A stretch of DNA of 64,000 bases, taken from assembly GCF_963921235.1 (NCBI RefSeq), contig NC_086108.1, positions 19,220,001-19,284,000 of the forward strand, written 5' to 3'. The translations under genes and the position numbers were made by a program. This document shows, piece by piece, positions 38,841 to 51,920 of the stretch. The DNA comes from Mobula hypostoma (Eukaryota). Below the pieces are notes generated by a model. The model did not search any database and was not told the origin of the DNA. It saw only the letters and a program-made list of their open reading frames with translations. The first letter of the stretch is position 1; every line of letters starts with the position of its first letter.

Positions 38841-41454
38841 TGCTCCTGGGTTACCGTAATCCGGTCTTCCCGTGTTCCTGAGCTTCTGAGTTTCGGCACT
38901 CTCCTCTGCAGTACTCAAGAGTGCCTGTGTTTCAGTACTCAGTTGCTCCCAAGCTGCTGTCTTCCCAAGTTCCTGATCTCCTGGATTCTTGAGCGCCCAT
39001 GTTCCTGGTGTCCGGTGTTCCTGAGCATCTGTGTTCTTCCACTCTCATATTCCTCATCTCCAAGTCTCCTGTGTTCATAGACTCCTGAACTTCTGAGCTC
39101 ATGGACTCCACATTTTCTGGGCTTATGAGTTTCTGTGATGCTGTATTACAGTGTTCCCAATCTCCTGTTTCCCGGGCTCCTGACTCCCCATGTTTCAGTG
39201 TTCCCCGGCTGCTATGTTCCCCGGTTTTGGTGTTCCTGCCCTCCTGTATTTCTGTATTCCTGTGCTTCTGAGCTCCTGTGTTACAGTGATCCTGTCTTCC
39301 CGTGATGCTGAGCTCCCCTGTTCCTGAGCTTCCAAGTTCCTGAGCTCCACTCTTCCTGTACTCCCGTGGTCCTGCGTTTCAGTACTCCAGTGCTCCTGAG
39401 TTCCTGTGTTTCCGTGTTCTTGTCTTCCTGAGGCCCTGGGCTCCACTGTCCCTGGACTGATGAGCTCCTGTGTCCCTGAGCTCCAGAGATGCTGTACTCT
39501 TGTGATCCCCAGCTCCTGTGTGCTCCTGAACTTCTCTGCTCCTGGGTTCCTGTGCTCCCGTTCTCCTCTGTTCCTGAGCTCCTGTGTTCCTGTGTTCTTG
39601 TTCCCGTGTTCCCGTCCTCCTGTGTTACCGTGTTCCTGAGCTCCTGTGTTGCTCAGCATCATGACTCCTGAGCTCCTGGACTCCAGGTTTTCTGGGATTA
39701 TGAGCTTCTGTGATGCTGTACTCCTGTGTCCCAAACTCCTGTGTTCCCCAACTCCTGTGTTCCCCTGCTCCAATGTTTCCCAGCTTCTGTGTTCCTGCCC
39801 TCCTGTATTTCTGTTCTCCCGTGCTTCTGAATTTCTGTGCTCGTGAGCTCCTGTGTTCTCCTGAACTCCTCTGTTCCTGGGTTCCTGTGTTCCTAAACTC
39901 CTGCATTCCCACCCTCCTGCATTCCCGTGCTCATGTCTTCCCCAATTCATGTGCTCCTGAGTCTCTAGGCTCCTGGGTTCCTGTGCTCCCAGGTTTCTGA
40001 CCTCCCGAGCTCCTGTGCTGCAGAGCTGCTGGGCTCCCAGGCTCCTATGCTCATGGGCCCCTGGGTTTTCCTGGGCTCGTGAGCTCCTGTGATATTCTAC
40101 TCACGTTTTCCTGGGCTCCTGTGTTGCCGGGCTCATCCCTTCCCGAGCTCCTGGCCTCTCATGTTCCTGAGCTCACATGTTCCTTAACTCACGTGTTCTT
40201 CACCTCTCGAGCTCCTGTGCTCTTGAGCAACTGGGTTCCTGGGCCCCTCGATGCTGGGCTCCTGCGCTCCCAAGCTCCTGGGCTCCCGTATCTCTGATCT
40301 CCTGTTTCTCTAATCTCTCGCTTTGCTGAGCTCCCGTTTTCCTGAGTTCCTGTATTCCAATGTCCCTAGGCTCATGAGCTTCAGTGATGCTGTACTCTTA
40401 TGCCCCCCAATTTCTGTGTTCCTGTGCTCCTGGGCTCCTTTACTCCTGTGATTCTGGGTCTATATTTGCTGGGCTCCACAGTTCCTGTGTTCCAGTGTTC
40501 CTGCGCTCTTGAGCACCTATGTTCCTGAGCGCCCCTGATGCTGTACTTCTGTCATGCCGGGCTCCAGTGTTGCGCAGCTCCTGTGTTCCTCAGCTGCTGT
40601 GTTCCTGAACTCCTGGGCGTCTGTACTTATGTGTTCCCAAGCTACTGTGCTCCCGAGATCTTGATCTTCCGTGTTCCTGTACTCCCGTGTTCATGAAACT
40701 CGTGTTCCTAGGCTACCATGTACTCCTCTGTTTCTGAGCCTCTGTGTTCCTAAGCAGCTGTGCTCCCATATTCCTAGGCTCCTGTGCTCCCGGACTCTTG
40801 GGCTCCTGGGCATCGGGCCCCTTGACTCCTGCGTCCCTAAGCTTATGCGCCCCCGTGTTCCTGAGCTCCTGTGATGCTGTACTCTTGCGCTCCTGAACTT
40901 CTGTGTTCCTGGGCTCTTGAGCTCCCAGGCTCCCGCACTCCTGTGTTCCTGGGCTCCAGTCTTCCTGAGATCCCATCTCCCTGGGTTCCCTTGTCCCTGT
41001 GTTCTTTGGCCTCTGTTTCCCTGAGCTCCTGTGCCCCTGCATCCTTGAGCTCCCAAGTTCTTGTACTCCTCTGTTCCTAAGCTCCTGTACTCCTATGCTC
41101 CCAAGCTCTTGTGCTCCTGAGCTTCCATGCTTCCGTCCTCCTGTGTTTGTGCACTCTTCTGCTCCAGAGCTCATGTGTTACGGTGCTCCTGTCTTCCTGA
41201 GATCTTGATCTGCCATGTTCCTCAATTCCCATGTTCCTGAGCTCCTAGATTCCTGTGCCCCTGGACTCTTGGGCTACGAGACTCCTGGTCTCTTATGATG
41301 CTGTACTCCTATGTTGCCATCCTACGGTTTTCAGGGCTCCTATGTTCCCGTTCTCCTGTGCTCTTGAGCTCTTGTACTCCTGAACTTCTGTGCTCACCAG
41401 CTAATCTGTTGAGCTGCTGGGCCCCAGAACTCCTGGGCTCCCCATGCTCCTGTG

Positions 41455-42092
41455 CATCGGTGGGAGGAGAAGATAGCAGCACGCCACGCGCGCACAGCTC
41501 TCCGGTGAAAATGATATTGTTTCTGTTAAATAGTGGCCGTGGACAATTCTGATTTGATGGAGACAGACGTGAAAGCACAGAGGAACATCTGGAGAAATTT
41601 CTAAAACGCCCGTTCGCTGCTGTTGTTACTGCATGATCAAGAATCTTCCGGAGAAAAGGCCCCAAAATCCCTGGCTTTGCCCGCTGCTGGCGACCAAGAT
41701 TGAGGTCGAATCGTTCAGATAGAGATGGTGCTCGGAACTCGGTGTTGGGAGCTGATCGGAGGCTCGAAGTTTTCGGACGACTCAGAGTTGGACTGTGGTC
41801 AGGGACGGCAGGGAGAGTTTTCTTCCTTCTCCTGTCTGCGTGAGATGTGGGACATTCGAGAGACTTTGAACTTTTTGCTGTGCCATGGTCTGTTCTTCAT
41901 CAAGTTATGGTATTGTTGCACTGTTGTAACTATATGTTATAATTATGTGGTTTTGTTAGTTTTTTCACTCTTGGTCTGTCCTGTGTTTTGTGATATCACA
42001 CTGGAGGAATAAATGTATCATTTCTTATTGCATGCATTACTAAATGACAATAAAAAGAGGACTGTGTGTCCTCATAATCTAATCTAATCTAA
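41455..42092 (+). mobile_element. Non-coding retroposon with AATAAA and (ATCTA)n tail; same family as 13538-14152
   Basis: Sequence similarity to the 13538 copy; tail CATAATCTAATCTAATCTAAT. Confidence 0.82.
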
Positions 42093-42401
42093 TATAATCA
42101 TGTGATGCTGTCCTCTTGTGCTCCAGAACATCTGTGTTCCTGGACTCCAAGTCTCCCGCGCTCCTGTGTTCCTGGGCTTCTGTGTTCTTTTAGTCCTGTG
42201 TTCTTGAGAGCCAGTGTGTTCCTCAGAAGCTGCGGTCCAGAGCTCCTGAGCTCCCGTGTTCCTGACCTCCCGAATTCCTGTGCTCCTGAAGCTGCAGGGA
42301 TCCCTTTGTCTCTGCTGCAGGGTCTCCTGGTCCCCGCAGGCTGTTGCACAGCAGATTCGGCAATTATGCTTGTGAATATACATGTCAGCTAATTACCATC
42401 T

Positions 42402-42752
42402 TGTTATGGCGGAATTTAACTCCCTTCCTTCAGTTGTAGTGCTTGTTGAGACTTAAGCAAAGCACAGCAACGTTACGCGGCCTGCTTGCATCCGGCTTTG
42501 CCTGAGAAAGTGGTCTAGCAAGTCGACAGGATGCTGAAGACTAGTGGTATTTGTTTTACATTTGGGAGTTCTTTTCAGCCGTGGCATTGGTATCTAGTTT
42601 TCTGTTTTTAGTTAAAGGCCTCGTTTGGCCTAGCATTTATTGTTTTCCTTCCTGTTTAAAATGCTGTTCGCATTAAAGTCAGTGAACAATCGACCTGCTT
42701 CAGCGTCTCTCTTTTCAATTGGGCTATATCGGAACGTCTTGGCCACATAAAG
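42402..42752 (+). mobile_element. Probable solo LTR
   Basis: Begins TGTTATGGC, has ATTAAA at ~42672 and ends GCCACATAAAG (imperfect CATAACA). No TSD found. Confidence 0.45.
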
Positions 42753-42893
42753 ATGGGGGTGGGGGAGCTGACCTTGGCTCTGAGATTCATTGGCCAGGTA
42801 GGGCACAAGCTGCAGGAAATTCAATCTTCTGGGTGAAGTTACCGGAGATGAGCCAGATGATCGCTTGTGCCACAAACTCAGTCTCATCTAGAG

Positions 42894-44082
42894 CAGGGGT
42901 CCCCAACCTTTTTTGCACTGCGGACCGGTTTAATATTGACAATATTTTTGCGGACCAGCCGACTGGGGGGGATGGTACGGTTTGCCAACGGACAAGGGTA
43001 GTAGTCAAATACGTTGTTTACCCCAAGAAAGACTACAATGACCATGAAGCCTTGCGCCGGCACCAGTGTGCATGCGTGAATATGCCGATTTTCTCTACAA
43101 ATTGTTTATGCCGATTCTGATCGCGGGGGGGGGGGCGGGGGGTGTTAATCATGACCGGAATATAGGTGTTAAGTGGCTAATACACTCAATTTCATTTCTA
43201 AAAGGATTTCTCTAACGAATTTAATATTAAACACAGCGCATATTTTCCTCGCATGAATATAGTGATAAGTCAATTATCGGCGGAGAACAGGGGAGCTTGA
43301 AGTAAGTGTTGAACGAAATTCCAGTAGAAGTGGTCGAGGCAGGTTCATTATTATCATTTAAAGAAAAATTGGATAGGTATATAAACAGGAAAGGAATGGA
43401 GGGTTATGGGCTGAGTGCAGGTTGGTGGGATTAGGTGAGAGTAGTGTTCGGCACGGACTAGAAGGGCCGAGATGGCCTGTTTCCGTGCTGTAATTGTTAT
43501 ATGGTTATTTAAGTCACTTATAAGTCAATAGCATCATAATATTTTAAGTAACGTTTGGATATTAAACACACAGCACATATTTTCCCCGTGCAAATCATTG
43601 CAACACACCAATATCGCTGAATCAGTGGGAGCCCTGGGCTTGTTTTCCTGCAACGAGAGGGGTGATGGGAGACAGCGATACTCGAAGGGGGTTCCTTATG
43701 TCCAGTCTATTCTGCAATTTAGTTTTCGTTGCATTCATTGCAGAGATATGTTGGAAATGGAAGCAACATTTTCAGTGTTTTCATGGCTATCTCAGGATAT
43801 TTAGCCTTGATTCTGATCCAGAATTCCGGCAGAGATGTTATGTCAAACATACTTTTCAGCCCGCTGTCAGTTGCAAGCTCGAGGAGTTGATCTCCTTCCT
43901 GCGCTGACATGGATGACATACGGGTGATGACCTTGCATGCGTTCAAATTCAACAGTGCGTGACAGGGAATGAGGAAAGGTGTAGCTGACTCATATCGCCA
44001 AATCATATCGTTTCCTCGCGGCCCGGTAGCACATGCTTTGCGGCCCAGTACCAGTCCACGGCCCAGTGATTGGGGACCGCCG
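42894..44082 (-). mobile_element. hAT (Charlie/Buster-type) deletion derivative containing a CR1 3' fragment (~43310-43508, plus strand)
   Basis: TIRs CAGGGGTCCCCAACC and GATTGGGGACCGCCG; left flank ATCTAGAG fits the Charlie target NTCTAGAN. Transposase C-terminal remnant LPEFWIRIKAKYPEIA..LLPFPTYLC in ORF 43719-44096. Confidence 0.88.
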
Positions 44083-45288
44083 TGACAGACTTCCACTCAG
44101 CCTGTTGAAAGCCTTAGGGAAAAAGATATCCCGCAGCCCAGTCATTCCGACATTTCATTGCAGAATTGGGGATGGTTTTGATCTTCCAGTACCGGGTCAG
44201 GAGGCTGCTCACCGATCTGGACCTGCGCCAAGGTCGAGAGGACAAATTCTGCAGTCAACTTCTGTACACTTGCAGTATAGATGGGATGGAATGAAAGATC
44301 TCTCATCACTGCCTTCCAGCGTGGACTGAACTCAGGGGTCCTGAACGAGATCGCTGTCTGTGACGAACAGGATTGTCTGGATGATCTGATTAAGCTGACT
44401 GGTCGAGTTAACGACCAGGTAACTGAGTGGCGCAGGGAATGAATGTCTCAAGCTTCCTTCATGCCGTCTAATCGCCATCTTTCCTCGCTCTCTCCCTCAT
44501 CATCCATCACCAGATCCACGGAGGAGCCTTTGCAAGTGGGGTGCATGCACCTATCTCAGGAGGAACGAGAGTGGCGGAGGAGAACAGGTTCCTGCCTCTA
44601 TTCTGGTGATCCAGGACATTTCCGGATTTCCGGGTGGCATGTCCCAACAGACCTATGAAAGAGGAGACCCGTCTGCAGGGAGGGGAGACCTGACAGTCAG
44701 TTCTCTCTGCAATATGCTTCCCCTAAATATTATGCTCACAGCTTCGTTGTCGTGGCGGTCTCGGACCCATGAACATAATGCACTTATCGACTCTGATACA
44801 GCTGGGAATCTCACGGACATCTCTCTAGCTCATGGATGGATGGTTCCGACTCAGTAATTGAAAGAAAAGATCAACATCGAGGCCCAGGACGGTCGGCCTC
44901 TGGGCACTGGCCAGGTCCACCTTTCCACCGAACCCTTCAAACTTGTGCTCGAAGGCAGCCATAGTGAAGAACTTTCCATCTATCTGGTTGATTTTCCTCA
45001 ACCGTCACTGCTGCTTGGTCTCCCTTGGTTATCCCGACACAACCCATGGATCGATTGGTCTCTTGAAGCACTCCAAGAGTGGGGACCGACATGCCTGTCT
45101 ACCTGTCTGGGTCCAGCTCAAGCTCTGTTTAGTGAATGTCCTCCTGTGTCAGCTAAGGATGTGAACCTGTCTGGGATTCCGGCTGAAAATGCTGACCTCC
45201 TCGAGTGCTTCAGTAAAAGCAAGTCCACCACCCTGCCCCCACACTGGCCATACGACTGCGTCACAGATCTCCTAAGTGGCACAAGTCC

Positions 45289-48200
45289 ATAAGACCATAA
45301 GACAAAGGAGAAGAAGTCGGCCATTCGGCCCATCGAGTCTGCTCTGCCATTTTATCATGAGCTGATCCATTCTCCCATTTAGTCCCACTCCCCTGCCCTG
45401 GCTACTCAGATACCTATCAATCTCTGCCTTAAATACACCCAATGACTTGGCCTCCACTGCTGCCCCTGGCAACAACTTCCATAGATTCACCACCCTCTGA
45501 CTAAAAAAATTTCTTCGCATTTCTGTTCTGAATGGACGCCCTTCAATCCTTAAGTCATGCCCTCTCGTACTAGACACCCCCATCATGGGAAACAACTTTG
45601 CCACATCCACTCTGTCCATGCCTTTCAACATTCGAAATGTTTCTATGAGGTCTCCCCTCATTCTTCTAAACTCCAAGGAATACAGTCCAAGAGCAGACAA
45701 ACGTTCCTCATATGTTAACCCTCTCATTCCCGGAATCATTCTAGTGAATCTTCTCTGTACCTTCTCCAAAGTCAGCACATCCTTTCTTAAATAAGGAGAC
45801 AAAAACTGCCTACAGTACTCCAAGTGAGGTCTCACCAGCACCTTATACAGCCTCAACATCACATCCCTGCTCCTATACTCTATTCCTCTAGAAATGAATG
45901 CCAACATTGCATTCGCCTTCTTCACTACCGACTCAACCTGGAGGTTAACCTTAAGGGTATTCTGTACGAGGACTCCCAAGTCCCGTTGCATCTCAGAACT
46001 TTGAATTCTCTCCCCATTTAAATAATAGTCTGCCCATTTATTTCTTCTGCCAAAGTGCATAACCATACACTTTCCAACATTGTATTTCATTTGACACTTC
46101 TTTGCCATTCTTCCAATCTATCCAAGTCTCTCTGCAGACTCTCCGTTTCCTCAGCACTACCAGTCCCTCCACCTATCTTCATATCATCAGCAAACTTAGC
46201 CACAAAGCCACCTATTCCATAATCCAAATCATTGATGTACAATGTAAAAAGAAGCAGCCCCAACATGGACCCCTGTGGTACACAACTGGTAAATGGCAGC
46301 CAACCAGAATAGGATCCCTTTATTCCCACTCTCTGTTTCCTGCCAATCAGCCAACGCTCTATCCACGTATGTAACTTTCCCGTAATTCCATGGGCTCTTA
46401 TCTTGTTAGGTAGCCTCATGTGTGGCACCTTGTCAAATGCCTTCTGAAAATCCAAATATACAACATCCACTGCATCTCCCTTGTCTAGCCTGCTGGTAAT
46501 TTCCTCAAAAAATTGTAATAGGTTTGTCAGGCAAGATTTTCCTTTAAGGAATCCATGCTGAGTTCTGCCTATCTTGTCATATGCCTCCAGGTACTCTGTA
46601 ACCTCATCCTTAACAATCGACTCCAACAACTTCCCAACTACCGATGTCAAGCTAACAGGTCTATAATTTCCTTTTTGCTTCCTTGCCCCCTTCTTAAAGA
46701 GCAGAGTGACATTTGCAATCTTCCAGTGCTCCGGAACTATGCCAGAACCTATCGACTTTTGAAAGATCATCGCTAATGCCTCCGCAATCTCCACAGCTAC
46801 TTCCTTCAGAACACGTGGGTGCATTCCATCTGGTCCGGGAGATTTATCTACCTTTACACTATTCAGCTTCCTGAGTACTTTCTCTGTCGTAATTGTGACT
46901 GCACACACTTCTCTTCCCTGCCACCCTTAAGTGTCCAGTATACTGCTGATGTCTTCCTCAGTGAAGACTGATGCAAAATACTCGTTCAGTTCCTCTGCTA
47001 TCTCCTTATCTCCCATTATAATCTCTCCAGCATCATTTTCTATCGGTCCTATATCTACTCTCACCTGCCTTTTACTCTTTATATACTTGAAAAAGCTTTT
47101 AGTATCCTCTTTGATATTATTTGCTAGCTTCCTTTCATAGTTAATCTTTTCCCTCTTAATGACCTTCTTAGTTTCCTTTTGTAAGGTTTTAAAAACTTCC
47201 CAATCCTCTGTCTTGCCACTAATTTTTGTTTCCTTGTATGCCCTCTCCTTAGCTTTAACTTTGGCTTTGACTTTTCTTGTCAACCACGGTTGCATCCCTT
47301 TTCCACTTGAAAATTTCTTCTTTTTTGGAATATACCTGTCTTGCACCTTCCTCATTTCTCGCATAAACTCCAGCCACTGCTGCTCTGCCGTCTTTCCCGC
47401 CAGTGTCTCTTTCCAGTCAACTTTGGCCAGTTCCTCTCTCATGCCACTGTAGTTTCCTTTACTCCACTGAAATACCGACACTTCAGATTTTGGCTTCTCT
47501 TTTTCAAATTTCACAGTGAACTCAATCATGTTATGATCACTGCCTCTTAAGGGTTCCTTCACCTCAATCTCTCCAATCACCTCCAGTTCATTACACAATA
47601 CCCAATCCAGTACAGCCGATCCCCTAGTGGGCTCAACAACAAGCTGTTCTAAAAAGCCATCTCGCAGACATTCTACAAATTCTCTCTCTTGAGATCCAGT
47701 GCTGACCTGCTTTTCCCAATCTACTCGCATGTTAAAATCCCCCATGATTATCATAACACTGCCCTTCTGACAAACCTTTTCTATTTCCTGTTGTAATTTG
47801 TAGTCCACATCCCTGCAGCTGTTTGGAGGCCTATCAGGGTCCTTTTACCCCTACGATTTCTTAGCTCAACCCATAAAGATTCTGCACCTTCCGATCCTAT
47901 ATCACCTCTTTCTAATGATTTAATATCATTTCTTACCAATAACGCCACGCCTCCCCCTCTGCCTACCTTCCTATTCTTCTGATACACCGTGTATCCTTGG
48001 ACGTTCAGCTCCTAGAGACATGCATCCTTTAGCCAGGTCTCAGTGATGGCCACAATATCATACCTGCCAATCTGTAGCTGTACGACAAGATCATCTGCCT
48101 TATTCCTTAGGCTGCGTGCATTTAGTATAACACCTTAAGACCAGTATTTGGTACTTTTCGCTTTGATTTCACTGCAACTTTATTGCACTGCAACTCATCC

Positions 48201-49695
48201 CAATGGCTACAAATTTGCCCCATCACCTGCCTGTCTTTCCTGACATCTTTACTGCTCACTATCTTAGGTTTATTTCTGCTTTCCCCTTCCTCCGCTCTGT
48301 CATTCCGGTTCCCACACCCCTGTCAAATTAGTTTAAACCCTCCCTAATAGCTCTATTAAAGTTTCCCGCCAGGATATTGGTCCCCTTTGGGTTCAGGTGT
48401 AACCTGTCCTTTTTGAATAGGTCATACTTCGCCCAGAAGAGATCCCAATTATCCAAGAATCTGAAGCCCTGCCCCCTACACCAGTCTCTCAGCCACGCAT
48501 TCATCTGCCTGATCCTACAATTCTTGCCCTCGCTAGCACATGGCACAGGTAGCAATCCCGAGATTACTACCCTGGAGGTCCTGCTTCTCAGCTTCCTTCC
48601 TAACTCCTGGAAATCTCTCTTCAGTACCTCCTCCTTTGTCCTATCTATGTCACTGGTACCAACATGTACCAAGACAACTGGCTGCTCACCCTCCCCCTTC
48701 AGAATATTCAGGACCCGATCCAAGACATCCCGTACCCTGGCACCTGGGAGGCAACACACCATGCGGGTATCTCTATCAGGCTCACAGAATCTCCTGTCCA
48801 TTCCCCTGACTATGGAATCCCCTATGACTACCGCATTCCTCTTCTCCCTCCTTCTCTCCTGCACAACAGCGCCGGGCCCAGTGCAGAGACCCAGGCACTG
48901 TGGACATCCCCTGTCAGGTCATCCCCCTCAACAGCATCCAGAACAAGATATCTGTTGCTGAGGGGGACAGCCACAGGTGTGCTCTCCACTGTCCGGGCAT
49001 TTCCCTTCCCTCTCTTTACAGTGATCCAGTTTTCTGACCCCTGTAGCCTAGGGATGACTACCTCCCTGTAGCTCCTGTCTATCACCTCTTCACTTTCCCT
49101 GATAAGCAGTAGGTCATCAAGTTGCAGCTCCAGATCCCTAACATGGTCTCTGAGGAGCTGCATCTCGGTGCACCTGGCGCAAGATGTGGCCATCAGGGAG
49201 GCTGGAGGTCTCCCAGGATTCCCACATCTGACACCCTGAACAAAGCACTAACCTTGCAGGCATGCTATCTAATTCTACAGGAATGAAACAGGAAAAATAA
49301 GTCTACTCACCCACTTACCTCACAAAACAGATGAACTTTTTAAACCGTTAGCTCGTACCATTAGCTGTGAGAGCCCTGTTGTTCCTGTCTGTCCAGGCCT
49401 TTTTGTGAAAGGGAAGCGGGAGGGAGAAAAAAAGAGTTGGTGTTTCGCTCTCGCCTCTTCCCGTTTACCGCCGAAGCCGTTGAAGCCAAAGCCCTACACT
49501 CTGCTACCACTCACTCCGCTGCCCGCTCTGACCGCTGCCCGCTGTATTGGGTGTTCTCCTTTTTAAACTCTCCGTGCTGTCCTGTCGACATCACGCACCT
49601 GCGCAGTCTCGTCCTTCTTGCACTTGAATAAGTTTTTAAAAAAACTGCCTTCCTTCAGAATTCAGCTCCCATGACGCTCTATAGTCCCGATCCAA
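45289..49695 (-). mobile_element. Near full-length CR1 LINE: ORF1 (zinc finger plus SGNH esterase) and ORF2 (APE endonuclease plus RT), frameshifted
   Basis: ORF1 ~49263-48328 (CSGC..CARC; IGDSIVRG; VHVGTSD; DRLHLN). ORF2 ~48150-45390 (GGGVALLV, MGDFN, SDHN, KFADD). (TCTTATGG)n tail. TSD AAGTCC at 45283-45288 and 49696-49701. Confidence 0.96.
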
Positions 49696-50103
49696 AAGTC
49701 CTCCCCGGGGTGGCTCTTTTCCCTCTTTTGTCCTGAAACAGTGGCCATGGAAGAATACACTGGAGGCATTGGCCATGGGGTTTATCCGTCTATCCACCTC
49801 GCCGACAGGAGCAGGCGTCTATTTTTGCTTGTGAACAGGAAAGATGGCAAGCTCCATCCCTGCATCGAATATCGACCCCTTAACAATATCACTTGAGATC
49901 CGTTACCCTCTTCCCCTGCTGGTGTCTGCATTTGAACATCTCCAGGGAGCAACCATATTTTCCAAAATGAATCTACACAATGCTCACAGTCTCTTTCATG
50001 TGAAAAAGGGGGATGAGTGGAAGACCGCTTTCAACATCTCAAATGGCCACTGAGTACATAGTGATGCCCTTTGGTCTCGCCAAGACTCCCGCTGTTTTCC
50101 AGG

Positions 50104-50667
50104 TGTAACTCTCTCTTCCGCCAGCTGCTTAATATAGAGGGTGATAGCCCCCAGCCCGGCCAAACTTAAGAAATCTCATTTGGGTGGATGCTGCGCGATG
50201 TGTCCCCTTTTACAAATCAGTATCCCGAAATAACAAACAGTACACAATATGCGATTAAACGATTAAGTTTTATAATTCTTACTTTGACTATGTGGTTAGT
50301 GAAGAAACGAAAAAAAAAGAAAAAAAGGGCCCAATCTTATTAAACAGTCTGTTGCGTAGTGTTGGAGTTCACTGATAAGCCAATCGTCCACCATTGACCT
50401 CCTCCGATAGTCGCTGCCCTTCGGACCCTCGCACCAAGTCCACCCCATCCGGCAGTCTACCAACCCTCTCCATTCGCGTCTTCACTCATCTCTCCCGGGC
50501 AAAAGACCGCGAAAATCTCTCTTCCAGCTCACAAGAAAGAACAACAGCATTCCAAACCCCGTTATCTCTAGTCATAACCCAAACATTGCTGCTACAGAGG
50601 AAGCATTATATTATCAGTGAAACCTTACAGCAAGTTACACAGCAGTGAATCCCTACAACATGTTACA
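50104..50667. mobile_element. Solo LTR inserted in the Gypsy RT
   Basis: TGTAAC...GTTACA perfect terminal inverted repeat; 4-bp TSD CAGG (50100-50103 and 50668-50671). The host frame PAVFQ|VLVDDVLRD rejoins when it is removed. Confidence 0.92.
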
Positions 50668-51920
50668 CAGGTCTTAGTTGACGATGTGCTCAGAGACGTG
50701 TTGAACCATTTTGTTTTTGTGTATTTATCTATTCTCTCTCTCACCGGGAACACGTCCAGCATGTCCGCATGTCTGCAGGGTTCTCAGAGGGCTCCTTGAA
50801 AATAACCTGTACCCCGAGACCGAGAAATGCGAGTTCCAACCAGGCCAAGTGTCGTCTCGTTTGGCTGTCAAGGAGGCCCTGGAGGCTAGGTGACACTGGC
50901 TGGAGGTGGCAGTGCATCCTCTCTTGGTTTAGACGGATCACAAGAACCTCTCCTACATTCAGGCCGCAGAGACTGAATTCCCGTCAAGTCCGGTTCTTCG
51001 CCTGGTTCAATTTCATCCTTGCCTATTGTCCCGACAGCAAGAGTACCAAGGACAACATTCTCTCCCAGCAGTTCCACGGATCTGAGGGCAATGCCAATCC
51101 AGAGACCATTCTTCCTCGTTCGTGCATTGCTGCTCCTGTAACTTGGGGAACAGAGGTGGGTGTAAGGGCCGCCCAACAGTCGGACCCAGGACCTCCCAAC
51201 CAGCTGTTAGACCCTGCAAAGGTGTGCTCCACAGGGTTGGAATGGGGTCACTTCTCCCATCTGGCTGGCCATCCGGGATTTCAATGGACCCAGGGGTTTA
51301 TTAAGAGACAATTTTGGTGGCTGTCGATGTCCCAGGGTGTCCATGACTTCGTATCTGCCTGTCCCACCTGCGTTCAGAAAAAGACGTCACGCCACCGTCT
51401 GCTATGTCCACTGCCTATGCCCCACTGCCCCTGGTCTCACCTCTCAGTGGATTTTATCACTGGTCTGCCCCCATCTACTGGAAACACTACCATTTTATTC
51501 CTAGTGGGTGGATTCTCCAACACTGTCCACTTCTTTACCCTTCATAAACTCCTGTCGGCTCGTGAGACTGCCACGCTCATGGTTCAACACGTGTTCAGGC
51601 TCCACAGCTTCCCCCGAGATATAGTCTGTTCATGACTACAATTTACTTCCCACTTTAGGTAGGCTTTCTGCTCTCTTGTAGAAGCTATAGCCAGTCTCTC
51701 GTCTGTTTTCTACACCCTGAGCTCCCGTATTCTTGTACTCCTCTGTTCCCGTGTTCCCAAGTTCCTAAGTGCCGCGTTTCTGTACACCTGTTTTCCTGAG
51801 CGCCTGTGTGCCCGAAGTCCTGTCTTCCTGGGCCCCACAGTTCCTGGACTCATGAACACCTGTGTTCCTAAGCTCCTCTAGAGTACTCCTGTCATGTTGG
51901 GCTCCTGGGCTCTGTACTTA

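Larger units (their letters stand above)
44083..51715 (+). pseudogene. Second, more degenerate sushi-type Gypsy gag-pol, split by CR1 and LTR insertions
   Basis: EEPLQVG..CLYSGDPGHF knuckle remnant, ALIDSDTAGN protease, LGLPWLSRHNPWIDW, LPPHWPYDC, KGDEWKTAF, GHPG..FWW..CPTC, PWSHLSVDFITGLP. Confidence 0.88.

Noticed and set aside
48328..48864. Host GDSL/SGNH esterase gene
   Set aside because: It is CR1 ORF1, lying upstream of ORF2 within the TSD-bounded element.
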